Source of the DNA: Macrostomum lignano
Taxonomy: Eukaryota
DNA: 64,000 nt
Assembly (NCBI GenBank): GCA_002269645.1
Contig: NIVC01001204.1
Coordinates: 186,001 to 250,000 of the forward strand
Direction: 5' to 3'
Part shown: positions 1 through 12,308 of the stretch, piece by piece
Numbering within the stretch: position 1 is the first letter of the stretch
How the letters are laid out: each line of letters begins with the position of its first letter
Translations under genes and position numbers: made by a program
The notes under the pieces: model-generated
Seen by the model: only the letters and a program-made list of their open reading frames with translations
The model's database searches: none
What the model was told of the DNA's origin: nothing

Positions 1-650
1 AGGTTTAATAATACATGTCAGAGTTCTTTCATGAAAAATCTCGACTAAACAATGCACGCTCAAAAAATAGTGCACACTAGTTGCACTTAGCATAACAAAG
101 TTAAAACCCTCGTTTAGACTTTTCTGAAAGCAAAGCTAAGTATTTGCTTTTTTATTTCAAATGATGCTATTTATTTTAATTAAACATGCTTAGGAGTTAT
201 GTCTTTAACTAATTTTAACTTTTTTAATTTTAAATATCATTTTGCTTAGTGAGGGCGACGATCGATCGATGAATTCACGTGCACCATGCTTGTTTTGCTT
301 GAGTTTACTTTATAAATATAAAAGTGCTTTGCTGCGATCCCAGTATTTTTGGATTGAGGTTGGTAGGGCCTATTCTGTCCTACCTCTAGCCAAAAATCGA
401 TTGCATTCTAAGTTAAACAAATCTTGTCTTCATTTATCAAAAAATGATAAATTTAAAATTGGTACTTAGTAGGGATTCAGTGAGATTTTGACTTGAGGTA
501 GCACCTTTTAAATTTTTTTCTAAGCGTTACCCTCCTGAGTAAGAGACATCCTACCTTTGAAAATTAGTAATAAAAGTTTTGTTTCTTAGGCCTACAACTA
601 TTTTTGTATAACTTTTTGTCTTTTGTAGTTGGTAGGCCCTAACTTATAGG

Positions 651-1567
651 TAGGGATTCCAATCCCAGGATCCCGGGATCCCAGGATTGGGGCCAAAAAT
701 CTGGGATTTGAATCCCGGGATTTTTTGGGAATCGAATCCCGGGATTAGAAATCCCAAGATTGCAAAAGTCCGGGATCAGGATCCCGGGATTTCAAGGCCT
801 TAATCCCGGGATTGGTCTAGGATTAGAACAACCTTTCAATGCCTAAATTAGATAATTTAAAGTCTAAACATTTATTTGAATAATAAAACATTTATTTGTT
901 TTTGCTGTTTCTCAATGAAACGTTAAACATTTGCAAAGCTCCTGTCCTAATTGAGCTAAAAATTGTTAATGTGAACTGTAAATGATAGATAATTTTAACT
1001 TTTTTCATTTTCCACCATGAGACGAGACTGAGGGCCTTTTCATAGTGCTTGTTCTGGTTCCAGAACCAGAACCAATTTGTGAAGTATAACTTTTTGTCTC
1101 CATAACTAGAGGGAGATATGTGCTATAAAGTTTTTATCATTGAATGACAGTCACCAAAAAGAAAGTGAAAAATCGTGCAAAGTGAGGCTGTTAAGGCAGT
1201 CAAATATTAACAGAGTTTAATAGTTATACTGCTGTTTTTCTTGGAATTCCGAACCGATTCTGGTTCTAGAATTGGTAATATGAAAAGGCCCTAAGACTCT
1301 GAGAGTCGCGAGACCATGACTACTACACGCGGCACGCCGCATAGTCCATCTTAGGATTCCAATCCTGGGATCCCAGGATTGGGGCCAAATCCGGGATTTG
1401 AATCCCGGGATTTTTTTGGGAATCGAATCCCGGGATTTTTAATCCTGGGATTGCAAAAGCACTGGGATTCCAGGATTTCGAATCCTGGGATTTCAATTTC
1501 AACAGCATCGGGATTTTGGGAGTATTCAATCCCGGGATTGTAAAATGTCGGGATTTTGGAATCCCTA
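651..1567. mobile_element. Non-autonomous hAT-type element (MITE) with 8-bp TSD
   Basis: TIRs TAGGGATTCCAA(AA)TCCC at 651 and 1567. Identical 8-bp flanks CTTATAGG at 643-650 and 1568-1575. Many ATCCCGGGAT subterminal palindromes; no ORF. Confidence 0.85.
1032..1291. mobile_element. PIF/Harbinger-type MITE nested in the hAT element
   Basis: 13-bp TIR GGGCCTTTTCATA / TATGAAAAGGCCC with 3-bp flanks TGA / TAA (TNA-type TSD, one mismatch). Confidence 0.65.
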
Positions 1568-4197
1568 CTTATAGGGCCTATAGGCTATAATATAGACTCA
1601 CTCTAATGAGAATTTTTTTTAGAAATCCCAAGTTTTTATGATACTGATTTTTAGGCCTAGGCTATGTGTTCTGAGTGTAGCAACATCAAACTTTCTAAAA
1701 TTGGTCAAGTATTAAAAATTTATATTTTTATGAGTGCTATCAAAATAGCCAGCACTCTTTTCAAATTATTCATTTAACTTGAAATTGTGCTATTCAAGGC
1801 CATACCCTCTAGTTTAGGTTTTTTGTGCAATAGGCCTAAGGATGCTAGGCCTATCTCAACTCTCCAAATTGTTAGTTTATAGGAGGAATAGCAAAGATGT
1901 CAATGCTTATATTCATAAGGGAATAACTAAAATGTCAAAAGCTATAACTATGTAGTTTATTCAAAACTTTTTATTACAATATTTGTTGGCTCTTCATGGG
2001 GGGGGAGGTCACTGATACAGTGATAGAAAAAGCATTATGTCAAAATTAAGAGATTCATTTGGGAATTACTATAATATCAAGGCTCAAAGGGAATTGCTAT
2101 AATGCTATAATTAATCTTAAAGAGAATTATTGAAATATTAATGCTTTAGGGTTAAGATAGGGTTAGAAGGTTGATAGGAGATTTTTTTAAGATTTCAAGG
2201 CTTATTGAGGTTATCATTAAGGTGTCAAGGGGGGAGTTGATATATTAAGGCTTGTAGGGGGGATTGCTAAGATGTCAAGGCTTACAAGGGATTGCTATTT
2301 AAAGTTATTGCAGAGATGCTATATAGAGTTTATTAAAAATGAGGAGTGCTGATTGCTAGTTGTATCTTGAAATTAGACCTTGGATAGGGCTATGATTTTG
2401 CATCTTAGTGCTAACAAAAAAGCCCAGCCTATGGCCATTTCATTGTGTGGCTATTTTGTATATGGCCATTTTAAGATATATCTATTTTCATAACAAAAAG
2501 TTACATTTTTGTGATTTTTTTAATACTTTTAGTGTGTAAAAAGAAAGCAAAGGCAAGCTATCAAATTGACAACCCAAATGAAAAATAAAAGAAAAACAAA
2601 GAAAACAATATATAAAATAATACAAACAAGCCAAATTGTTTATATATAATAGGATTAGGAATCAAGCCTATACTATAACCTTTCAGTCATAAGTCCAATG
2701 CTATTATAAATGCTAGGCTATAACATTAGTGAGGTATATATTTAATAAAATACTTCTGATTTTCCAATTTTAATAAATTTTTCTAAAGTTGAATTAGGTA
2801 CCTAATCTGAAAATGTGTTAAAAAACTTTAAAAAATTATATTTAAAAGGTCACTGTTCTTTTTATAGATTTTTAATGACAACTATATGCCTCTAGTGGTA
2901 TGTTTTAACCTTTATGGCTAGCTAAACTAAGTAATCCCCATAGATCAGGAATCAATACCTAATTGTGATTGTAACCTATTAATTGCCTAATTGCCTAATT
3001 ACTTAAATAACAACCTAATTTACCCAAGGCTATATTTAGAGTATAATCCATGCTTCTAATAAATATTAGGCAAGCTAATATAAAATCAATTCTTATGAAG
3101 GATTTCTTCTAGATCTTTAAAAGTGGAGGTTATAAAACTAAATCAAAATAAACTAGGCCTATTGATGGTCAATCATGTGCAAATACAATGTCTGATTTAT
3201 ATTAGCCAAAAGAGTTTGTTTAAAAATAAGACTTAATTATAGTTGCAACTAATATAATTTTATAAAAAATAATTTAGAATTGTTTTTATACCATTTTTTA
3301 ATGGATGCTATTATTTTCTATTTTTTTGCTTGGCACTACTATGAATAATTTCCCAGTAACTCAATGGGTGCCGTAATTCCCTTTAGTCATTGGTCATAGT
3401 CCTTTAGTGCTACCCTGTATTTGCTGTATGGCATATGAGGGTATGAATTTCTATGCCTTTAAATTATTTTGTCAATTCCAATTGGTATTGATACAGAAAA
3501 AGGGATAGAGATATTGTATAAAAGTTTAAATAAATGAGATTTTTAAGACTTGCAGCTATATAGAATACATTATTTCTAATACAAAATATTTCTACAAGTC
3601 AGTTACTTAGGCAAAAGAGGGTAATAAAGCTATAAAATATATCAAAATACAGAAATAATATAAATAAATTGAAGTTTAAGTCCTCTCAGCACAGTGGCTA
3701 GTTCTTATTTCTTCTGAAACTTTGGCAGCTTGCCCAAAGCTATTTGTGAGTTTGTCACTGGCCATTTACATGCATTCCTCTTAAAATAAATTGCTCAGTA
3801 GTGAGCACTGTATCCTCATGCTTTGATTCCAAGTTTCCAAGCATGTTTTTGAGGCAATCTAAACTTTCGCCTTAAAATCCGAGCCTCTGTAGTACATACA
3901 CTCAGGCCACTCTTTATCCTAATTGCCTATCCAATCCTAGCACATTACCCTTACTTGTCTTGCCTTTAACTGACTTTGTACATGAAACAGGATTGTAATA
4001 GGAAACGGACTTAGAGCTGAATGGCATACCACTCTGGATGTGAAGCAGTTGATTTTTTGTTAGAAAGAGAACTGCATGTCATTAAAATTCATTGCAACGA
4101 GAAAGCAACACTCAGTGGGTGCCACTCTTCTCTGCATTCAGTTTACAAATTGCAACTGAATGTGAGTAATTAATAGCAGCATATTTCTTTTCATGCC

Positions 4198-6507
4198 ATG
4201 TCATCCTCTCTATTCGTGCTTGACAACAACAGTACTGACAGTGACGGCGGCCCTGAGGGTCGCCGCCCACCGCCACCGCAAGCCAGCCGACTTGGCCCAG
4301 CTGCATTCGATGATGAAGACGATGCTCTGTTTGCCTCGGTGCCAATGCCAGACTTCGCTAATGACGATAATGCAGGCCTGGAGGCTGCGGCAGCTGACCC
4401 AGCAGTCACTGGTGCCCTGTCCTATGGAGCCGATTGCGAACAACGGCCTCAACGGCCGGCACCTTCCACCGTGCCGAAACGACAGCAGAATCGACCGGCG
4501 TCCTCTGTCCAAGCATCATCCGATGAGACAGTCTATCCAGTTGCTCAGTCAACTCAGCTGCCTTCTAGACAGCAGCATCCGCATCAGACACCAAAGCCGA
4601 AGCCGCCATCTTCTCATCGGCGCTCATCGTCAGGAAAATTTCCCGGGCCAGCTGGTCGACTGCCCCGACTAAAAGTGCCGCCGGATTCTGGTCGCGGCGG
4701 CCAAGGCGTGGCGAATGCGTTTGTCGAGGCTGCCAGGAAGTTGAATGCTGCGGCTTCCGCGGCCGCTGCTGCTGCCGCTGCGTCCAGGTGAACTTTGATG
4801 AGGGGGATTTGACAGAGAAAAAGGCTCTTAGATTCTTAGTGTCAGATTAGTGTCAGATTAGACTCTCAGTGTCAGATTAGACTCTTAGTGTCAAATTAGT
4901 CCCTTAGTGTCAGATTAGACTTTTAGTGTCAGATTAGACTCTTAGTGTCAGATTAGACTCTTAGTGTCAAATTAGTCCCTTAGTGTCAGATTAGACTTTT
5001 AGTGTCAGATTAGACTCTTAGTGTCAGAGTAGACTCTCAGTGTCAGAGTAGACTCTCAGTGTCAGAGTAGACTCTCAGTGTCAGATTAGACTCTCAGTGT
5101 CAGATTAGACTCTTATTGTCAGCTTAGACTGTTTTTACCAGATTAGGCTCTTAGTTTCAGTTTAGACTGTTAGTGTCAGACTAGACTTTTTGTGTCAGAT
5201 TAAACATTTAGTGTTAATTTAGACTGTTAGTGTCATCTCAGACTCAGATCAGTGTCAGCTCAGACTCGGATTAGTGTCAGCTCAGACTCTTAGTATCAGA
5301 TTATACTAAGTGTCAGTGAAATCTCTTCATTCTGTTACTCAAATTGTAGCTCGTAATCAAATTGCAGACGAGAGGAGCGAGCTGCCACTGCTGGTGCTGG
5401 TGCCAGCGCTGTTGTCGCCGCCTCCTCGCAGACGTCGACAATCTCGAACGCTTCGTCATCGTCTGGCATTGACGAAGAGGCGTCCTGGTGCGCGGCAGCA
5501 GCGGACCTCGGGCCGGGTCTTTGCCGCTACCTCAGCCGCTACAGCATAGCGGAGTCCCTGCGGCTGGCCAGCAGCGGTCAGCTGCCCAGAAACAAAGTGC
5601 CAGCCATGCTAGTCATAGTTGAAACTATGGATCCTACAGCGGTAGATTGCGCCGCTAGCGTCAAGGACGCCACCGGACGTCTGCAAGCGACGCTGCACCG
5701 GCAGGTGTTTCGCGACCTTCGCGATCGGTGCAACCTGGCGCGGCTCTGGTGCTCCGTCGGGTCACCCTGTTTAGCCCGGATCAGCGCAGTTACTATCTCA
5801 ACATCACCATGGACAATATTGTTCGAGTCTACGATCGTTCCGGAGCTCCATTGCAATCGAATTCGTCTGCGACTGCAGCAGCTTCTACGCTTAGCAATGA
5901 TGAAGTTCAACGCCTGGAAGCTGAGTGCCTGCGGCCGAGGACTCCGCCGCCAAAGCGCGTGCCTGAGAGTCGGTACGATGTTTCCTCCGACTCAGGTAGC
6001 TCTAGTGCTGCTAGTTCGGCTACTCCTGTTAAAAGGTTCCGGTTTGCACCTGTTGGAACGCCTGAGCAGCATCCCCAGCAGCATCAGTCGCATCCTCAGT
6101 CTCGCCAGTCTTATCCTCAGCCTCATCAATCGCATCATCAGTCTCGCCAATCTTATCCCCAGCCTCATCAGCCGCATCCGCAATCTCGCCAATCTTATCC
6201 TCAGCCTCATCAGTCGCATCCGCAATCTCGCCAATCTTATCCTCAGCCTCATCAGTCGCATCCGCAATCTCGCCAATCTTATCCTCAGCCTCATCAGTCG
6301 CATCCGCAATCTCGCCAATCTTATCCTCAGCATCCTCAGCCTCATCCGCAATCTCGCCAATCTTATCCTCAGCATCCTCAGCCTCATCAAAATCAACAGC
6401 AGCGCAGCAGGCAGTCCTCGGACACTCGAGTATTGCAAGAGTCCTACAGGGAAGCATTCGAAGACAACATGGATGAATTATTGGCCAGCGCTTTGGACGA
6501 TATTTGA
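4198..6507 (+). CDS. HROB: HROB (C17orf53/MCM8IP) OB-fold protein, 2 exons, 1-bp frameshift at about 5729
   Basis: Exons 4198-4787 and 5368-6507 (GT-AG, phase 2, in frame). Motifs KFPGPAGRLP and LPRNKVPAMLVIVETM..VKDATGRLQATLHR, then in a shifted frame QPGAALVLRRVTLFSP..YYLNITMDNIVRVY, matching the HROB OB-fold as I recall it. Confidence 0.85.
4835..5305. repeat. 19-bp intronic minisatellite (HROB intron)
   Basis: Unit GTGTCAGATTAGACTCTTA, about 24 degenerate copies. Confidence 0.9.
6070..6400 (+). repeat. Coding 42-bp repeat (QSYPQPHQSHPQSR)n
   Basis: About 7 copies, in frame within HROB exon 2. Confidence 0.9.
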
Positions 6508-7019
6508 AGGTTATTTTTGTGTTTAAACAGGACAAAAGCAATAAAAATCTTTTCTATATATTATATACAGACATTTTTTTCTCTTTCTGAACGGCTATTT
6601 TGTTTCTTGAAGCAGATTTCCATTAGAAATCCTGCATTTCATTTATATTATAATTATAGCTATTAATATTTGTTTGTTTAATATAGTCTGAATTGGTGCT
6701 GTGTTCTTAAACTTGTTTACACGTGTCTTTGTTGACAAAACATCACTGTTGTACTTGAATAAGCCTGTTTTTTGTCGCATTTATTTATGCTGCTGTTTAA
6801 AAACAATGAATAGTAAAAAGTTGAGTTCCCCGTTCATTTATTCATAGTTAATATATATATAACCTGATTATATATAATTCTGAATTATATATAATTCTGA
6901 TTTTGCGCCTTTTTCGTTTAAAAAATAAGTTACTCACCTAAACACTTACAACTACCCTAATTTCCCAAGACTACCTGTCAGACTCACCAGCCCGTCTACC
7001 CAATCGTATCTGTCTGTCT

Positions 7020-7520
7020 AACTGCCTTTGTAGTGTTTACCTACCTACTTACCTTCCTTGCTCATATTTACCTGCCTATCTGCCTCGTCGCATCTACCTA
7101 ATTACCTACCTGTATACGAGATGCCTACCTACCTACATACCTACCTACCTACCTATGTAGCTACCTACCTACCTGTGCAGCTACCTACCTACCTACCGAC
7201 TTACCTACCTACCTATGTAGCTACCTACCTACCTATGCAGCTAACTACCTACCTACCTACCTATGCAGCTACCTACCTACCTACCTACCTACCTATGCAG
7301 CTACCTACCTACGCACCTATCTGCCTACCTACCTACGTATCTACCTATGTAGCTACCTACCTACCTACGCACCTACCTACCTACGCACCTACCTACCTGT
7401 ATGTGTAGCTACTTACCTACCTACCTACCTATGTAGCTGCCTAAATACCTACCTATATATGTAGCTACTTACCTTCCCACCCACGTACCTACCTGTCTAC
7501 CTATCTACCTATTTACCTAA
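7020..7520. repeat. (CTAC)n-derived degenerate repeat upstream of UROD
   Basis: CTACCTACCTAC with ATGTAG/ATGCAG interruptions, ending at the AG at 7522-7523. Confidence 0.9.
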
Positions 7521-7545
7521 CAGCACATTAACGCGTCTTGCTGCC

Positions 7546-9983
7546 ATGGCAACCGACGCGTCATCCACCAAAGAAGCCGAGCTGGCCTCAGCAGCCGCTG
7601 TGCAAATTCCACCTGCCAGCAATTTCCCGGCGCTAAAGAACGACCTGATCCTCCGGGCCGCCCGCCGTCAGCCGGTGCCCCGCGTGCCCGTGTGGCTGAT
7701 GCGGCAGGCCGGCCGCTACCTGCCGGAGTTCAGGCAGACTCGGTCCAAGTATGACTTCTTCACAATTTGCCGAACACCCAGCCTGGCTTGTGAGGTCACC
7801 CTGCAGCCGATGCGCCGGTTCAACTTAGACGCCGCCATCATCTTCAGCGACATCCTGGTGGTGCCGCAGGCGCTGGGACTCGAGGTGGTCATGGTTGAAG
7901 GCAAAGGCCCGGTGCTGCCGAATCCCATCTCTGAGCCCAGCGATCTGGACCGCCTGCGCACTCCTGTTGATGTAGAGAAGGAGCTGGGCTATGTTATGCG
8001 GGCGATCACTCTGACCCGACACAGGCTTGATGGTGCGTTGCTCTCCACCTTCCTGGTTTCAGTCTATCATCCTCAGGCTTATCTGTCACTCTCAGCCCAG
8101 GCCGATCTGTCACTCTCAGTCAAAGCCGATCTGTCACTCTCAGTCCAAGCCGATCTGTCACTCTCAGTCCAAGCTGATCTGTCACTCTCAGTCCAAGCTG
8201 ATTTGTAACTCTCAGTCCAAGCCGATCTGTCACTCTCAGTCCAAGCTGATCTGTCACTCTCAGTCCAAGCCGATCTGTCACTCTCAGTCCAAGCTGATTT
8301 GTAACTCTCAGTCCAAGCCGATCTGTCACTCTCAGTCCAAGCCGATCTGTCACTCTCAGTCCAAGCTGATCTGTAACTCACCCTTAATCTCATTCTGGGC
8401 CAGATGTACAAATCCAATCTCACCCTAAACTGATTTGAATGTCACTCCTACTCCAGTCCAATTTCACTCCAATCCAATGTTACTCTCATTCTCACTCAAT
8501 CTAATCTCAATTTCACAAAAATCCATTCTCTGTCTAACATCAGTCTAATCTCACCCTCAATCCAAGCTCACTCTCACCCAAATCTAATCTCACTCTCACC
8601 CAAATCCGATCTCACCCAACCCAGGCCAGGCCCCGCTAATTGGTTTCGCCGGCGCCCCCTGGACCCTGATGGCCTACATGATCGAAGGCGGCAGCTCCAC
8701 CACCCACGCCAAGAGCAAGCGCTGGCTGTACGCTCATCCGGCAGCCAGCAACCGTCTTCTAGACGCCATCACGGATGTTGTCATCGACTTCCTGGTGGCG
8801 CAGATCCGCGCCGGCGCCCAGCTGGTGCAACTGTTCGAGTCCCACTGCGGCTCGCTCACTCCCGAGCTGTTCCGCCGCTACGAGCTGCCTCGCCTGGCTC
8901 GAATCGCTGCCGAAACTCGTCGCCGACTAGGCGAAGCCGCCGTACCGATGATCGCGTTCGCCAAGGACGGCCATTTCGCATTGGAGATGCTGGCCAAGGA
9001 CTGCGGATTCGATGTGGTTAGCGTAGACTGGACTATGGAGCCGGCCGAGTGTCGTCGGAGGCTGGGCGACTGCCCGGTGGCTTTGCAGGGTGAGGGGATA
9101 ATAGTTGCTTATACCGACAGCTCAGCCGCAGCTATTGCACGGCGCATCTGAAGGCTGCGTACGGCTGTTCACTCCAAGGACTGGGAGAGGGGGTCGCCAC
9201 ACGCACCCTCAATTGCCCCAGCTAATGCTGGCACCCATTTTACAGCTGGGTGAACTGAAGCAATGCAGAGTTAAGGTGTCTCTTGCTCAAGGATACAAAT
9301 TGTTACAGTGGGATCAGGAATCGAACCCCCGACCTTCAAGTCGTGAGTTCGACGTTCTAATCACTAGGCTAGAACCCTAGGGGATTGAAGCTTGAGAAAC
9401 TGCACGTTTGTTGTATTGTACAGTCTGCTTCGTATGCATGTGCTTATATAAGCCCAATGTACATCATGCACTTCTTATCCCAGCCCAATGTACACACTTC
9501 CTACCCCAGCCCAATGTACACACTTCCTACCCCAGCCCAATGTACACACTTCCTACCCCAGCCCAATGTACACACTTCCTACCCCAGCCCAATGTACACA
9601 CTTCCTAACCCAGCTCAATGTACATCCTGAACCTCCTACCCCAGCCCAATGTACACCAGGCACTTCCTAACCCAGCCAATGTACATCACACACTCCCTAC
9701 CCCAGCCAATCTGTGCCAAGTGAGTTAACCTTTGCCCTCCCTTAGCTCCTATCTGCCGCACGCATCTGCAGGTAATCTGGATCCGGTGCTGATGGCCTGC
9801 ACCGATCGCGACCAACTCAACCAGGAGGTGCACCGCATGCTGCAGGGTTTTGGCACCCGCGGCTACATCTGCAACCTGGGCCACGGCATCTATCCCGATG
9901 CCCAGCCCGACACTGTTGGCGCTTTTATTGACGCGGTCCACCGGCTCTCCGAGTCTGCCGCTGCTGCCGCCGGGGACAAGTGA
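7546..9983 (+). CDS. UROD: Uroporphyrinogen decarboxylase, 3 exons
   Basis: Exons 7546-8032, 8625-9089 and 9772-9983 (GT-AG, phases match). Motifs [47 protein letters not shown] and YICNLGHGI. Confidence 0.97.
8075..8380. repeat. 24-bp intronic minisatellite (UROD intron 1)
   Basis: Unit GCCGATCTGTCACTCTCAGTCCAA, about 12 copies. Confidence 0.9.
9097..9378 (-). mobile_element. tRNA-derived SINE with CORE-like central domain (UROD intron 2)
   Basis: Minus strand has A-box TAGCCTAGTGATTA and B-box GGTTCGATTCC. It is followed by TCCTTGAGCAAGAGACACCTTAAC..CTTCAGTTCACCCAGCTGTAAAATGGG, resembling the MIR/CORE-type domain, and an AT-rich tail. Confidence 0.75.
9450..9710. repeat. 26-bp intronic minisatellite (UROD intron 2)
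   Basis: Unit CCCAGCCCAATGTACACACTTCCTAC. Confidence 0.9.
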
Positions 9984-10989
9984 CCCCCTCCCCTGCCCCG
10001 GTGCCCCCCTCAAACTCATTAACTAGGCGCCTGTTCACCTTAAGAAATACTTTGCTTTTGCTATGTACCCAAAAATCCCTCAGGCAATACTCTTAATTAT
10101 CCCCGATCACTGGGATTTCACAGGTATTAATTATCCCTAATCTTACCGGGATCCCACAGGTATTAATTATCTTCAATCACCCTGGATCCACCAGGTATTA
10201 ATTATCCCCAATCCAAAAATCTACCAGATATTTATTATCCCCAATCCAAAAATCCCCCAGATACTAGTTATCCCAATAATTAATAGAATATTTCCAATGT
10301 CCCGTCAGGAGGGTTGGCAAAAGCAAATATTTCTAGCCCTATCAAATATTTTAAGCCTACTACTGATAATTAGTAGTCAGTAGTGTTTTTAGTAGTTAAT
10401 AATTTATGTAATCAGAGACCTGAGCAATTGTTTAGATCAAGTGTTTATTTATAGTAGTGTAAAATGGTGACAATCGCTATAATATATAGTTATTATAAAA
10501 AAGTCTATTATTAATGCAGCGAATCTATTATATGTAACCACAATTGTAATCGGATATAGTTTGCTTTACTATGGTGCATTTCTCTCTTGCTTTGACTCTA
10601 ATAATAAATACTACTATTATTAGTGTTATATAGCATATGCTGGTGTTTTGAAGATGCTGTGTCTTAGAGCCTTTCTTTATCTGTTTTCTGAACACTAAGA
10701 CAGGTGGACACTAAAACAGGTGGACACCGAGACAGGTGGACACTAAGACAGGTAGACTCTGAGACAGGTAGACACGAAGACAGGTAGGCACTAAGACAGG
10801 TGGATACTAAGACAGGTAAAAATCAAGACAGGGTAGACACTAAGACAGGTGGCCACTAAGACAAGTGAACACTAAAATAGGTTAGCCATCAAGACAGGCA
10901 GACAGACACTAAGACAGGGTAGACATCAAGACAGGCGGATACTGAGACAGTTAGACATTAAGACAGGTTAGACATCAAGACAGTTAGAC

Positions 10990-12308
10990 GGTCTCTGACT
11001 GTTTTTACCCTGGCTGTCCTCTCTGGCGGCGTTTCTAGGGTTGTGCGCATTCCGATTGGCTTTGTCCAATTTCTAAGGGTCCGCCCCGGAGGGGCTGTGC
11101 CCATTACAAATACTAAACCCTATTCTTTTTTCTAACCAATAGAATTTCGGCCCTCGGCCTTGGTTTAGGGGGGGGGGGTGGTGCCCGAAGTGAGTTGGAT
11201 CTCTGGACTGCAGTGTGGCTAGGACGGGACTGAGGACTGAGCCCCCCGGTCGTACCCGCCCTGCAGGAAAGAAAATGACCAATTCACAAAGGTGTACGGT
11301 AGACCCAGTAGACTGCCAGCCCTGAGGCTGAGCACCCGGGTTGCAGGTCGGCAAGCTGCCTGCATTAGGGCTATGGTGCTCCTCCTTCTGCCAATCTTTT
11401 TTTCTGGGCTGGCATCCCAGCGCTGTTTTATCCCTACCTTTGTGCCTTTGTGGCTTTTTATTCTTTTATCCTTTTACCTGGCCATTTAGAAGCCTCCAAT
11501 CTTCGGAGTTATGAGCTCTGCCCTTGCCTGGTCCATCTTGCCCTGTCCTCGGGTCCATCTCCTGGCTCCTGCTGAAGGTCCCTGCTTGCGTGTCTCTGGC
11601 TCTCATCCTGACAGTGGATTGGTGTCCTGGGAAGGATGTTCGTCCCGTACCGGGGACAACCGGCTGAGTCCGGAGTCCTCTTGCCCTGGGTGCCTCTTCT
11701 CCCGACCCCTTGGCCTGGCCCCCAATGATGAGCTGGATAGGCGATGCCCTTGGGTTGGTAGCAATAGAGGTGTTGCTATGTCCGCCTAGAGTCTCCCCCT
11801 CGGATACAAGCCTTCCAAGCTCACTCCAAAATAGAGCTGGGTAGTGAAAAGCCTTGAGGCTCGAGACCTGCAGGGACCCTGAACCTTGTATAGGATCGCT
11901 CTTGGTAATTAGCTGCCCAGACTCGCTCCAATAGTTTAAGCCTTTTCCGCAGGTTTAGGAGTAACTCCTCACTCGGACCGCTTTCTTAGTAGTATTCTAA
12001 GCTTTTCGCTTTCCAATTTTTCTGCGCACTCCCAAAGACTCGCTAGCTGGGGGGGGGGGTGGCCTGGGTGGACTCGGTCCTAGCACCGTCCCTGATTCCA
12101 CTGTTGGTTTGGCGGTGTTTTGTACCGTAGGCTTGGGTCAATTTCGCCCACCCGCGCTTTGAGCCGGGTCCAATTCCCTTGTCTCTCGGGGTATCTCGGG
12201 CCCTGAACAGCTAATGTCTTGGCCCCTGGTAGTGCCCCTCGCGGCAGAGCCCTCCCTTGGGCTGATCCGCGGGTAGCTAAGCTTCCCACCCCCGTTTAAC
12301 AACAACAA
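10990..12308 (+). mobile_element. 1.3-kb non-coding insertion, probably retroelement-derived (RTE-like), flanked by a 272-bp direct duplication
   Basis: 10718-10989 is repeated at 12356-12627 with 1 mismatch. The insert is GC-richer unique sequence ending CACCCCCGTTTAACAACAACAA. Confidence 0.55.
12198..12286 (+). ncRNA. HDV-like ribozyme candidate
   Basis: Ordered elements: P1 GGGCCCT (12198), P2 GGTAGT (12228), P3 GCC, L3 CCTCGC, P3' GGC, P1' AGAGCC, TGGGC, short P4, J4/2 GCTAA (12276), P2' GCTTCC. Assigned by eye; there is a 5-6 nt excess after P1'. Confidence 0.4.

Noticed and set aside
5992-6541. Antisense ORFs (Arg/Leu/Met-rich and acidic DEAEDKIGEIADAT repeats)
   Set aside because: They are shadows of the 42-bp coding repeat in HROB.
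9300-9378. tRNA gene
   Set aside because: It has A and B boxes but no convincing acceptor stem or cloverleaf, and it continues into a SINE body.
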